DNA from: Minisyncoccota bacterium
GTDB lineage: Bacteria; Patescibacteriota; Minisyncoccia; Phycocordibacterales; UBA9973
DNA length: 63,832 nucleotides
NCBI GenBank assembly: GCA_035714785.1
Contig: DASTLQ010000016.1
Coordinates: forward strand, 1 to 63,832
Reading direction: 5' to 3'
Made by a program: the position numbers and the translations under genes. The number at the start of each line of letters is the position of its first letter. Positions within the stretch are counted from its first letter, which is position 1. Positions 52,780 through 61,616 of this stretch are shown here, piece after piece. The notes below the pieces were generated by a model. That model was not told the DNA's origin. It did not search any database and worked only from the letters and a program-made list of their open reading frames with translations.

Positions 52780-52828
52780 TTAATCAGGCCGCCCTAAGAG
52801 GGTTTTATGTCTCGAGCGATATTAATTT

Positions 52829-54931
52829 TTATTCTTCGATAGTTTCCGCGTCAGGCTGAGTAGGCACTACTGGTACTGTTGCAGCAGGGGCGCCACGCTT
52901 CAATGAATTTACGTAATCAGTCAATTCTTGATTGCCAGGGACCAATGAAAGTGCGGTCTCAGCGTACGATACTGCTTTTGCATTGTTTCCAGAATTTTGT
53001 TCAATTTGAGAAAGTACAAGCAAGGCATCTACATAGTTTGGTTTCAAGGCAAGAGCTTCTTCTCCCAATATTCTAGCATCATCAACTCTGTTGTTTGCGA
53101 ATGATACTCTAGCCATGGCAAGCTTTATTCCTGGGTTAAGTGGATTCAATGTAGCAGCGGTAGTATATGCATCAAATGCTTGACCATAAGCTCCTTCTAC
53201 TCCTAAAGCTCCAACAGTATTGTATACGGAGCCTAAAGATGCGAAGTTTAGATAATTTGTCTTGTCATAAGCTGTAGCAAGCTGGGCACTTCCTATTGCT
53301 TCTTCGATGCTTGCTTGCAATACTGCCTGTTCTTCTTCGGTTAATGCTGAACCTTTTGCTGCTAGTTCCCCTATCTTTGTCATATAAACCTGTGAGTAGG
53401 TTCGGAGGTATAGATCATTTGAGTGAAGTGATACTGCTCGCAACATTGAAGTTTCTGCTGCACTGATTTCAGTAGCAGAAAGAGTTTTCTGGAAGAATGG
53501 GATCGAAGCAAATCTTTCTACATACTTAAAGCCAGCAGCTGCTGACACGAGCATGAGAAGTACTAATCCCAAGATAGAAAAGAAACTCTTTCGTGGATCA
53601 TCAAGGAATGAAAATTCGAAATCTCCATTTTGTCTGTAAGTAGAAGCTAGTCCTGCAAATGCTCCCGTAAAGGCAAAAGCCAAGAGGAAGATGACTGGAC
53701 CAGTAACATAGAAGAATGCTGAAACGAAAAGATAGAAAGCCAACACAAAGAACACGGCCATTTCTTTTCCTGCGCTAGACTGGATACTTGCAAACAATGA
53801 TTTTACTCCAGCAGAGATAAATAGGTAGAAGAATACAAGAAGAGCCAAGATACCGAGGGCTCCTGTGGTCACTGCCAATGTAGGAATTAAACCAGAACCG
53901 GCGCCAAAGGAAGTATCCCAGAAGATTGTTGAGTTAATAGAACCAGACTTGTACATATTCCAAGCTTCTCCAAATCTATTTGGACCAGTACCGAAAAGTG
54001 GGCTATCTGCTAAAGCCTGTTTTGCCACCTCCAAGGTAGCTCCAAACGAAGGACCAACTTCCATAGTAGAAAGACCTAGGGTCTCAGGCAGGTATCCTCC
54101 GATAAATTGTCCTGACATAAAGAACAAGAGTGACACTAATACTAGTCCGAAAGAAAATAGAGGGAAATGGCCTTTCTTGCCTTCTTCTCCTTCTTTATTT
54201 CGTAGACTGTAAGAGAAAGAAAGTTTGTAGATGAACACAAGTAAAGCAAACACTCCCAAGAGCACCCAGACAAGCAATAGATTTACGGCAGCGGAGACAA
54301 ACAATGAAAGTACCACCAAGAATCCGAGGATTCCTTTTGCTACTTTTGGTAATGAAAAGAATTCGATCACAAACAATGAAAGTACAGTAGAGAATCCAGC
54401 AAAGATACCGAAGGCATTCCATGAGCCTAGTAGTGTATCAGTCTTTGCTCCCAAAATTCCGAGAGAAAGCATTTCAGGAATAAACATTCGAAGTACTTGG
54501 AAAATCAAAAGTGCTAGAGAAGAAGCGATTACGCCCCAGAAAACCATTCGAGCGTTTTTGATGTCTCTTAAAATAATTGATGATAGGAAAAGCAACAGGA
54601 ATGCTGAGAGCATAAAGAAGAATGTTCCTGTGTCTAGCATTGTTCCAAACAATGAAACTTTCATTGCTGGAGAAAAGAGTGCAGAAAGCAAGAATGCTAG
54701 GACCACGCCTAAGCCTGCAATAATAATAGGAGAGCGTGGGATGGAAAGCTTTCCATCAGAAAACCTAGCTGCCGTCCAGAATATCAACGACACCACAAGT
54801 CCTACTATTAATAATAGGCCTTTGCTTGTTTCTGCCGGTACAGTTACGAAAGGCAAAAAGAAAACTGGTAAGAGCACGATAGTTGCGAAAAGCGACCAGA
54901 AAGAAATTCTATCCAAGATGTTTGGTAACAT
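52829..54931 (-). CDS. O-antigen ligase (Wzy_C)-like polytopic membrane protein with C-terminal TPR repeats (700 aa)
   Basis: At least 10 TM helices in the first 450 or so aa. The C-terminal soluble region has TPR-like repeats (ALKPNYVDALLVLSQIEQNSGNNAKAVSYAETALSLVPGN). Confidence 0.75.
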   Translation of the reverse strand: MLPNILDRISFWSLFATIVLLPVFFLPFVTVPAETSKGLLLIVGLVVSLIFWTAARFSDGKLSIPRSPIIIAGLGVVLAFLLSALFSPAMKVSLFGTMLDTGTFFFMLSAFLLLFLSSIILRDIKNARMVFWGVIASSLALLIFQVLRMFIPEMLSLGILGAKTDTLLGSWNAFGIFAGFSTVLSLFVIEFFSLPKVAKGILGFLVVLSLFVSAAVNLLLVWVLLGVFALLVFIYKLSFSYSLRNKEGEEGKKGHFPLFSFGLVLVSLLFFMSGQFIGGYLPETLGLSTMEVGPSFGATLEVAKQALADSPLFGTGPNRFGEAWNMYKSGSINSTIFWDTSFGAGSGLIPTLAVTTGALGILALLVFFYLFISAGVKSLFASIQSSAGKEMAVFFVLAFYLFVSAFFYVTGPVIFLLAFAFTGAFAGLASTYRQNGDFEFSFLDDPRKSFFSILGLVLLMLVSAAAGFKYVERFASIPFFQKTLSATEISAAETSMLRAVSLHSNDLYLRTYSQVYMTKIGELAAKGSALTEEEQAVLQASIEEAIGSAQLATAYDKTNYLNFASLGSVYNTVGALGVEGAYGQAFDAYTTAATLNPLNPGIKLAMARVSFANNRVDDARILGEEALALKPNYVDALLVLSQIEQNSGNNAKAVSYAETALSLVPGNQELTDYVNSLKRGAPAATVPVVPTQPDAETIEE

Positions 54932-54996
54932 TATTTTATATTTATATGATTAATTAATATTAGGTTTATTATACTAAGCACAACCCCCAAAAGCAA

Positions 54997-57333
54997 TCAA
55001 ATTACTATGTTAATAAGTTTTTTTGGCACATAAATCACCTTTCGGATTGGGCTCCCTCCAATGTGTTTTTTTGCACCCTCGTTTTCAGTCGCTTTTTTCT
55101 TTATTTCGTCTTCAGATTCGTCGGCTCCAATCATTATCTCCCCTCTCACTTTTCCGTTTACTTGAATTACTATCTTTACTTCATCATCTACTAGGATCTT
55201 GTCGTTCCAGGTGGGCCAATCTGAAATATGAATAGATTTCTTTTCACCGAGTATGTTCCATAATTCTTCTGTAATATGAGGAGCAAATGGTGAAAGGATT
55301 TTCAAAAACATTTTAAAATCTTTAGCGGAAATTTCTCCAGCTTTTTCTATTTCATTCGCCAAAATCATCATGGCAGAAATGGCGGTATTAAATCGCATGC
55401 TCTCTATGTCTTCGGAAACTTTTTTGATAGTTTTGTGTAAATTTTTCTCGACAGATTCGGGGGATCTGGGAGTGCTTATTTTGCTTTTTGTCCCTGCGCT
55501 GATTTTCACCTTTTCCCCTATTCTCCAAACCTTTTCGACAAATCTACGAGAACCTACGATACTTTCGGTGCTCCAAGCGGCTGATTCCTCAAAAGGACCA
55601 ATGAACATCTCATATATTCGCAAGGTATCTGCGCCGTATATCTTGATTATCTCATCAGGGTTGATTACGTTTCCGATAGATTTGGACATCTTTACTCCTC
55701 CTTCACCCAATATCATGCCGTGAGAAGTTCGCTTTTTATATGGTTCCGTAGTTGGCACTAATTTCAAATCGTAAAGAAACTTATGCCAAAAACGAGAATA
55801 CAATAAGTGGAGAGTGGTGTGCTCCATTCCCCCGTTGTACCAATCTACTGGCGTCCAATATTTTAGTTTATTTTTATCTGCAAAAGCTTTTTTATTTTTT
55901 GGATCTGTGTAGCGCAGATAATACCAAGAAGACCCTGCCCAGTTTGGCATAGTATCAGTTTCTCTCTCTGCTTCTCCTTTACAGGTCGGACATTTTGTTT
56001 TTACCCACTTGGAAATTCCTGCCAATGGAGATTCGCCTGTATCGGTGGGCTGATAATTTTTTACTTTTGGCAAAAGTAGCGGAAGATCTTTTTCTGGCAA
56101 TGGAACCAACCCGCATTTTTGACAATTTACAATAGGTATCGGCTCGCCCCAGTATCTTTGTCTAGAAAAGATCCAATCTCGAAGCTTAAATCGAGTGACC
56201 ATCCTTCCTCCTACTTTTTTTGTGATTTCTTTTGAGTCTACTAAGGGCCGATCTACTATTGGTAGATTAAATTTTACGGCAAAATCTCTATCTCTTTCGT
56301 CGTGCTCGGGCACTGCCATGATGGCACCCGTACCATACTGAGGTAGGACATAGTCAGCTATCCAGACCGAGATTTCCTCTTGGTTTGCAGGATTAGTGGC
56401 CTTAATTCCTTTTAACTCTACTCCTGTTTTTTCTTTTCCTTCCGCTGTTCTTTCGATTTCTGTTTTCTTTTTTATTGATTTTAAATATTTTTCTACATCT
56501 CCTAGATTTTGTATTTTTTCTTTTAGTACTTCGAGCAGTCCATGCTCTGGAGCCAATACTAAATATGTAGCGCCAAAGATTGTATCAGGCCGAGTAGTGA
56601 ATACTTTTATTTTATGTTCAGAATTTTTTAATTTAAATTCAATTTCTGCTCCTTCGCTTCGGCCTATCCAATTGCGCTGAGAAAGTTTTACACGTTCTGG
56701 AAAATCCACTAGGTCGAGATCTTTATCTAGCCTGTCTGCGTATTTAGTGATGGCGAGCATCCATTGTTCTTTATTTCTTTTTTCTACTACTGTTCCGCAA
56801 CGTTCACATTTTCCATCTACTACTTCCTCGTTGGCTAGTCCAATCTTGTCTTTGGGACACCAATTGATTTCAGCTTTTGATTTATACGCCAATCCTTTTT
56901 TAAAAAACTGTAGGAAAATCCACTGAGTCCATTTATAGTATTCCGGATCAGTAGTGTTTATTTCTCGGGACCAGTCAAAAGAAGGTCCAAACATTTTGAC
57001 CTGTTTGCGAAAATTGTCTGTATTCTTTTTTGTGACGATTGCAGGTTGAATACCTGTCTTGATGGCAAAATTCTCAGTGGGCAATCCAAAGGCGTCCCAT
57101 CCTATCGGGAAAAGCACATTGTATCCTTCCATCCGACGCTTTCTGGAAACCACATCCATAGCAATATATGGCCTAGGATGACCAACATGAAGACCGTCCC
57201 CCGAAGGATACGGGAACTCAATCAAAGCATAGAATTTTTTCTTTTTAGGTTTATCAGAAGCGGAATAAATCTTCTTTTTTTCCCATTCCTTCTGCCATTT
57301 TGATTCAATTTTCTTAGGATCGTAGCTTTTCAT
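54997..57333 (-). CDS. leuS: leucine--tRNA ligase
   Basis: PYPSGDGLHVGHPRPY (HIGH), KMSKSIGN, and a CP1 editing domain. 1-nt overlap (TAATG) with the upstream gene. Confidence 0.96.
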   Translation of the reverse strand: MKSYDPKKIESKWQKEWEKKKIYSASDKPKKKKFYALIEFPYPSGDGLHVGHPRPYIAMDVVSRKRRMEGYNVLFPIGWDAFGLPTENFAIKTGIQPAIVTKKNTDNFRKQVKMFGPSFDWSREINTTDPEYYKWTQWIFLQFFKKGLAYKSKAEINWCPKDKIGLANEEVVDGKCERCGTVVEKRNKEQWMLAITKYADRLDKDLDLVDFPERVKLSQRNWIGRSEGAEIEFKLKNSEHKIKVFTTRPDTIFGATYLVLAPEHGLLEVLKEKIQNLGDVEKYLKSIKKKTEIERTAEGKEKTGVELKGIKATNPANQEEISVWIADYVLPQYGTGAIMAVPEHDERDRDFAVKFNLPIVDRPLVDSKEITKKVGGRMVTRFKLRDWIFSRQRYWGEPIPIVNCQKCGLVPLPEKDLPLLLPKVKNYQPTDTGESPLAGISKWVKTKCPTCKGEAERETDTMPNWAGSSWYYLRYTDPKNKKAFADKNKLKYWTPVDWYNGGMEHTTLHLLYSRFWHKFLYDLKLVPTTEPYKKRTSHGMILGEGGVKMSKSIGNVINPDEIIKIYGADTLRIYEMFIGPFEESAAWSTESIVGSRRFVEKVWRIGEKVKISAGTKSKISTPRSPESVEKNLHKTIKKVSEDIESMRFNTAISAMMILANEIEKAGEISAKDFKMFLKILSPFAPHITEELWNILGEKKSIHISDWPTWNDKILVDDEVKIVIQVNGKVRGEIMIGADESEDEIKKKATENEGAKKHIGGSPIRKVIYVPKKLINIVI

Positions 57334-58349
57334 TATTTTTCAAACGGTGGATATATATCAGGATCGATGGTTCTTTCAAAGCAAGTACGTCCAGCCTCGT
57401 GATCCCAAGATTCATTCATACCACCTCCAGGATATGGATATGCCATATCCATTACAGCTTGCTTTCCAAAATATGGCATTGGTCGCATGCCTCCACCATA
57501 CTCTCTCCATCCTTGTGGCATCGGCATAGAAAAATCAGCACAGAGCTCAAATGTAAGTGGACCTTTTAGAGAATACTCGTATGCTTTTCCTTTTTCAAAT
57601 TCTGGCTCTACGGGAATAGAGTATCCAGTCAGTGGGCTCACTAGAGCTCCTAGATTTTCTGGAAGAACTTCTTTCTGTTGCCAAAAATTAATTACTTGAT
57701 ATTGAATGTTCTGCAAATCATTTACTCGTCGATCATCAAGTCGGTACTTTCTCTGCTCGCTAGGGCTACCCATGACGGAGAAACTGCATACAATAGTTGC
57801 GATGACTAGGATCGAGCTCACGGAAGCAAAGATAACTCCGCTCTTTGGAATATTCCATCCAAATACCTGATTGTTTTTCAAATCAAAAATATAATATTTA
57901 CCAACCAAGATTGCGGTAAACAAAGTGACCAGTACTTTCCAAATAAATCGAGTAGTGATTTCACCTGAAATGAAATATCGAATGAGGGCTACCAAGTCTA
58001 TCGCCAACACTAAAGCTGATAGAAACAGAACTATATAAATCACCCATTTTCGGATAGTATTATCGAGCACTCCCATTTCTCCTCGGCTGTACTTTTTCCA
58101 ATAGTAGGTAATGATCAGAAAGGCTGGGAAAAAGATGATGAGGGTAGCGAGCGACATTCGGATGCTCTCATAATCATAAGTTGAATAGCCATACTGATAG
58201 CTAGAATTCAAAACGTCCGGAAACCGTTTATTTAAAGTCTCAAAAACCAAGTTTAAAAACGACGTGACCGAAGTAATAAGAGTAATAAGGACCCCGAGGT
58301 TCAAGAAAAAGAACCCCACATTTAGCTTTGGCTTTGTATTATTTTCCAT
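57333..58349 (-). CDS. hypothetical membrane protein (338 aa; multi-TM N-half, soluble C-half)
   Basis: Start set to ATG 58349 (MENNTKPKLNVGFFFLN). The ORF-track N-terminus MDNMQGDPLH... is read-through of repeat locus R7. Confidence 0.6.
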   Translation of the reverse strand: MENNTKPKLNVGFFFLNLGVLITLITSVTSFLNLVFETLNKRFPDVLNSSYQYGYSTYDYESIRMSLATLIIFFPAFLIITYYWKKYSRGEMGVLDNTIRKWVIYIVLFLSALVLAIDLVALIRYFISGEITTRFIWKVLVTLFTAILVGKYYIFDLKNNQVFGWNIPKSGVIFASVSSILVIATIVCSFSVMGSPSEQRKYRLDDRRVNDLQNIQYQVINFWQQKEVLPENLGALVSPLTGYSIPVEPEFEKGKAYEYSLKGPLTFELCADFSMPMPQGWREYGGGMRPMPYFGKQAVMDMAYPYPGGGMNESWDHEAGRTCFERTIDPDIYPPFEK

Positions 58350-58368
58350 AGTTTTGATTATATCACAA

Positions 58369-58540
58369 GGGTCCGCCTTCGCCAGAGGCGGGTGTAAGGG
58401 GTCCCCTTGCATGTTATCCACAGGTAAGGGTGGTAGGTGTGGATAAAGTGTAAGGGGTCCCCTTGCATGTTATCCACAGTGTGAAAGGGTCCGCCTTCGC
58501 CTCTGGCGAAGGCGGACCCTTGGAGGGGACCCCTTAGACC
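58369..58540. repeat. palindromic repeat locus R7 (three DnaA boxes plus hairpin module plus truncated inverted hairpin copy)
   Basis: TTATCCACA at 58414-58422 and 58470-58478. TGTGGATAA at 58438-58446. GGGTCCGCCTTCGCC-tct-GGCGAAGGCGGACCC at 58487-58519. A truncated inverted copy gggtccgccttcgccagaggcg starts at 58369. The locus ends at the methyltransferase stop codon. Confidence 0.9.
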
Positions 58541-59421
58541 TAGCGGGACCAGATGGCAGTATTGGAAAGAGGGATTAGGCGTCCGTTGGATTTTTCCAAA
58601 AGACAAAGCTCTCCTGATTCAGTTTTACCTCCAAGGTCTTTCATGGCCTCTGACAGTGCATATCCAAGAGAAAGCGAAGAAGAGTCTATCGCGTAAGAAT
58701 TCAATATCACAAAAAGCGGATCATCACTCAAGATTTTTCTAGCCTGATCTAAAAGTTGGGCCAGATTTTCTTCTATCTTCCATACCTCCCCTTTTGGACC
58801 TCGTCCAAATTTTGGCGGATCCATGATGATGCAGTCGTATTTATTTCCTCGTTTCTCTTCCCTCTCCATAAATTTCAAAACATCATCAAGTATTACTCGC
58901 ATTGGTAAATCTTCTAATCCTGAAAGTTTTTGATTTTCTTTTGCCCAATCTATGCTTTGCTTGGAAGCATCCACATGAGTAACCTCTGCCCCTGCTCGTA
59001 ATGCAAACAAACTCGCCACACCTGTATAACCAAACAGATTTAGAAACTTAACGGGACGTGTAAGGGGACCCCTTACACCTGAAATTTTTTCTTCAATAAA
59101 ATCCCAATGCGCTGATTGCTCTGGGAAAAATCCTAAATGCCTAAAAGGAGTGGGGCTGGCAATAAACTTTATTCCTTTGTATTCCATTGGCCATCTTTCT
59201 GCAAAAGTCCTATTCATTCTCCATCCGCTTTTACCACCATCCTTGGAAGACACAAATCTTCCGTCCGCCTTTTTCCATTCTGCTGTCAGAGTCCTTTTCC
59301 AGACTGCATCTTCATATGGGCGAGCTAAAATATGATCGCCAAATCTTTCCAGCTTTTCGCTTTCTCCCGTATCCAGCAATTCGTATTCTTCCCAATCTTT
59401 TGAATATAAAATGTTTATCAT
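58540..59421 (-). CDS. class I SAM-dependent RNA methyltransferase (RlmI/RlmK-like)
   Basis: Motif I LNLFGYTGVASL and motif IV IIMDPPKFGRG. Start set to ATG 59421 (MINILYSKDW) to avoid overlapping the upstream gene. Confidence 0.85.
   Translation of the reverse strand: MINILYSKDWEEYELLDTGESEKLERFGDHILARPYEDAVWKRTLTAEWKKADGRFVSSKDGGKSGWRMNRTFAERWPMEYKGIKFIASPTPFRHLGFFPEQSAHWDFIEEKISGVRGPLTRPVKFLNLFGYTGVASLFALRAGAEVTHVDASKQSIDWAKENQKLSGLEDLPMRVILDDVLKFMEREEKRGNKYDCIIMDPPKFGRGPKGEVWKIEENLAQLLDQARKILSDDPLFVILNSYAIDSSSLSLGYALSEAMKDLGGKTESGELCLLEKSNGRLIPLSNTAIWSR
59058..59078. repeat. palindromic repeat core R8 inside a CDS
   Basis: gtgtaaggggaccccttacac is a 10-bp arm palindrome. It is read in frame on the minus strand as G-V-R-G-P-L-T, just upstream of SAM motif I. 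Confidence 0.85.
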
Positions 59422-59434
59422 GACTAAAATTTTT

Positions 59435-61261
59435 CTACCCTGCGCTTTCGTATAGCGGAATCTTTTCTTCTTCAGTGACACGCTCAGTGGTCAGAGTTTC
59501 CCCCCATATATCGTAGATGAATTCCTTGTGCCGGATAATCCAGACAGGTGGCTTAAACATGTCGTAGCATCCTCCGGTATAAATAGCGGTAAATCCCATC
59601 TTTGCATCGGATATCCATCGAACGTCTTCAATAGAGCTTGAAGTCAACTCTTTATCAGAAGGCTCAAGCGTCACAGAGTCACCCATCTCTAGGTCAATTA
59701 TTTTTACGGCGCCAACAGGGTCGCATATCCCTCCGGTACTAGAATGAATAGCCAAAAAACGCATACTAGGAGAAATTAAAAGTTCAATGGGGTTAACGAT
59801 TTCGTTATTTATTATATTAAGCTCTTTATTGGTAGGATTGTATTTATATAAAGTATGAGCACATATCCCCCTACCGCAATACGATGATTCAGTCACCAAA
59901 AAATAAAGCGCTCCTTTGTTATCTACAACCACAGGTTTGTTTGAAAACAGAATGCCATTTTCTTTTTCCTCGTCGCTTAGATACACATTTGTCTTATCTG
60001 CATAAAAATCTTTTGAAGTAAGGTAAAGAATTTCTTTACATTCTTCATCATAAAGCGCTAACCCATTTTCTTTTTCCACGAGAGGAAAGTCACAGGAAAG
60101 GTCTTCCCCGATATAGTCTAACAAAGGAACCGATGCTATAACAGGACCTCCAAAGAGAATGACCATTGCAATGATTCCCAAAGTCTTCATAATTTTCTCT
60201 CCGAGTCGCTTTTTTAGTACATTTTCAACTAGGTTTTGTGTTTCTTTGGGATAATCTCTCAAATTAAAGTCACCAGTCACGAGGACACGTGATGGGCCAT
60301 AATTCCATGCTGTAATAGTTCTTTCTAGGGAATTTTTTGAACCAACATATCTTTCAAGCAGATATTTGAGGTATCTCAAACCCCCGTCAATATTTTGAAA
60401 AGGATCGTAGGGATTCAATATGTTGCCACCCTGCCTTTGATTTATTTCCTGTATAGTAACGGGCGTCAGCTGATAGATACCTTTATCGTCCGCTTCTAAG
60501 CGATGCGCGTATGGTAGCCAATGCGATTCATAATATGCAAGGTTCACCGCCAATTTTTCATCTATCCCCAACTCCTTGGCTTTACTCTTAATCGCCTCTA
60601 TGATTTTTTTTCTATCTTGCCCCTCTATCTCTATCAAAGATGAGTGAGTGAAACCCCTTTGTCCGTTGTAGGCTATCTCGTGCCATAAATCCGAAAAGTA
60701 TCCATCTGCGTAGTTACCCTCTTTCCCTATTTGAAAAATTTCTACTTGGGAATGATTTAGAATCTGGGCCAATATCTCGCTTTTGTCATTTGGCTCTTTT
60801 CTCATTTTAGCATCCGTTATATAAGAACCAATGTCGGGATACAAAGCAATTTTACCCGTTGCTTCACTTGCAACCTCGGCAAACAATTCAATGGCAAATA
60901 CCGCCTTTTTCGCTTTCTTCTTCCAGAATTTGGAGCGGTTTTCAAACACATCCACATCAAAATGGAATAACTGCGGCCACCCTTGTCCCGGATCAATATT
61001 AATCTTTACGTTCTTTCTTCCAATATCGTTAAACAAAAAGTCTTTTTCTGTAACAGTTATTGAAACATCGGCTGAGAGTGACCCCCTAGGAATATCCACT
61101 CTGGCCACTTCCCGATTTATTTCTTTTGTTTCTTCGACTTTGATTTTTTCTTCTATATTCAATTTCTGGCCAAGAGCTTCGATGTCAACGCGAATCTCCC
61201 GTCCTATAGGGCTACCGTGATAAGTTATTTTCGAAAGTGTTAATTTTAAGATATTGGACAT
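59435..61261 (-). CDS. SH3b + lytic transglycosylase (SLT) domain protein fused to a TM segment and C-terminal Cys-rich domain (608 aa)
   Basis: SLT-like YYESHW..GIYQLTPVT..IDGGLRYLKYL..AWNYGP and an SH3b-like segment at aa 137-210. An internal MKTLGIIAMVILFGGPVIASVPLL lies at aa 358-381. No N-terminal signal peptide. Confidence 0.7.
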   Translation of the reverse strand: MSNILKLTLSKITYHGSPIGREIRVDIEALGQKLNIEEKIKVEETKEINREVARVDIPRGSLSADVSITVTEKDFLFNDIGRKNVKINIDPGQGWPQLFHFDVDVFENRSKFWKKKAKKAVFAIELFAEVASEATGKIALYPDIGSYITDAKMRKEPNDKSEILAQILNHSQVEIFQIGKEGNYADGYFSDLWHEIAYNGQRGFTHSSLIEIEGQDRKKIIEAIKSKAKELGIDEKLAVNLAYYESHWLPYAHRLEADDKGIYQLTPVTIQEINQRQGGNILNPYDPFQNIDGGLRYLKYLLERYVGSKNSLERTITAWNYGPSRVLVTGDFNLRDYPKETQNLVENVLKKRLGEKIMKTLGIIAMVILFGGPVIASVPLLDYIGEDLSCDFPLVEKENGLALYDEECKEILYLTSKDFYADKTNVYLSDEEKENGILFSNKPVVVDNKGALYFLVTESSYCGRGICAHTLYKYNPTNKELNIINNEIVNPIELLISPSMRFLAIHSSTGGICDPVGAVKIIDLEMGDSVTLEPSDKELTSSSIEDVRWISDAKMGFTAIYTGGCYDMFKPPVWIIRHKEFIYDIWGETLTTERVTEEEKIPLYESAG

Positions 61262-61310
61262 AATATAACTGCATTAACTTTTTTCTATTCCTATTTTCCA
61301 AACATTCCTT

Positions 61311-61616
61311 TCAAGAAAAGCGGGGTGCGTAATCAGACAAAGTTATTATAGTCTTACCCTCGAGGTATGCAAGGCGCTTATGATAGCTATTCGCAATTGC
61401 TCGTGACATTATTTCTTCCATGATAGTTGTTTTTCCATTCTTATCGAATTCATTGAAAGCTTCATAATATCTCTTTCGATCAATGAACTTTATATTGATG
61501 GGCACATATCCCTCCCGAATCAAAAGGTAATTGTTGTTCACGTTTTTGTCAACAAAACCGTGAATATGCGTGTAAAAATCCCTATTTTCACGTTTTTGAA
61601 ATGAAAAAGCTAACAT
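61311..61616 (-). pseudogene. 5'-truncated, motif-degenerate Fic/DOC-family remnant (101 aa ORF)
   Basis: HIHGFVDKNVNNNYLLIREGYVPINI aligns to the Fic motif HPFxDGNGRxxRLLxNxxLxxxGYPPIxI with the catalytic G, G, R and R all replaced. The ORF begins directly after the ychF stop and lacks the N-terminal half of the fold. Confidence 0.45.

Noticed and set aside
54231-54953. A 240-aa plus-strand ORF antisense to the Wzy-like/TPR gene.
   Set aside because: It is low-complexity (Asn/Ser/Lys/Thr-rich) with no motifs. The minus-strand frame encodes a coherent polytopic membrane protein with TPR repeats.
18788-58540. The clustered short repeats (2-3 units per locus) could be mini-CRISPR arrays.
   Set aside because: Units are strongly palindromic and variable in composition. 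They are separated by 0-20 nt rather than by unique 25-40 nt spacers. They are scattered over 40 kb, and no cas genes are present.
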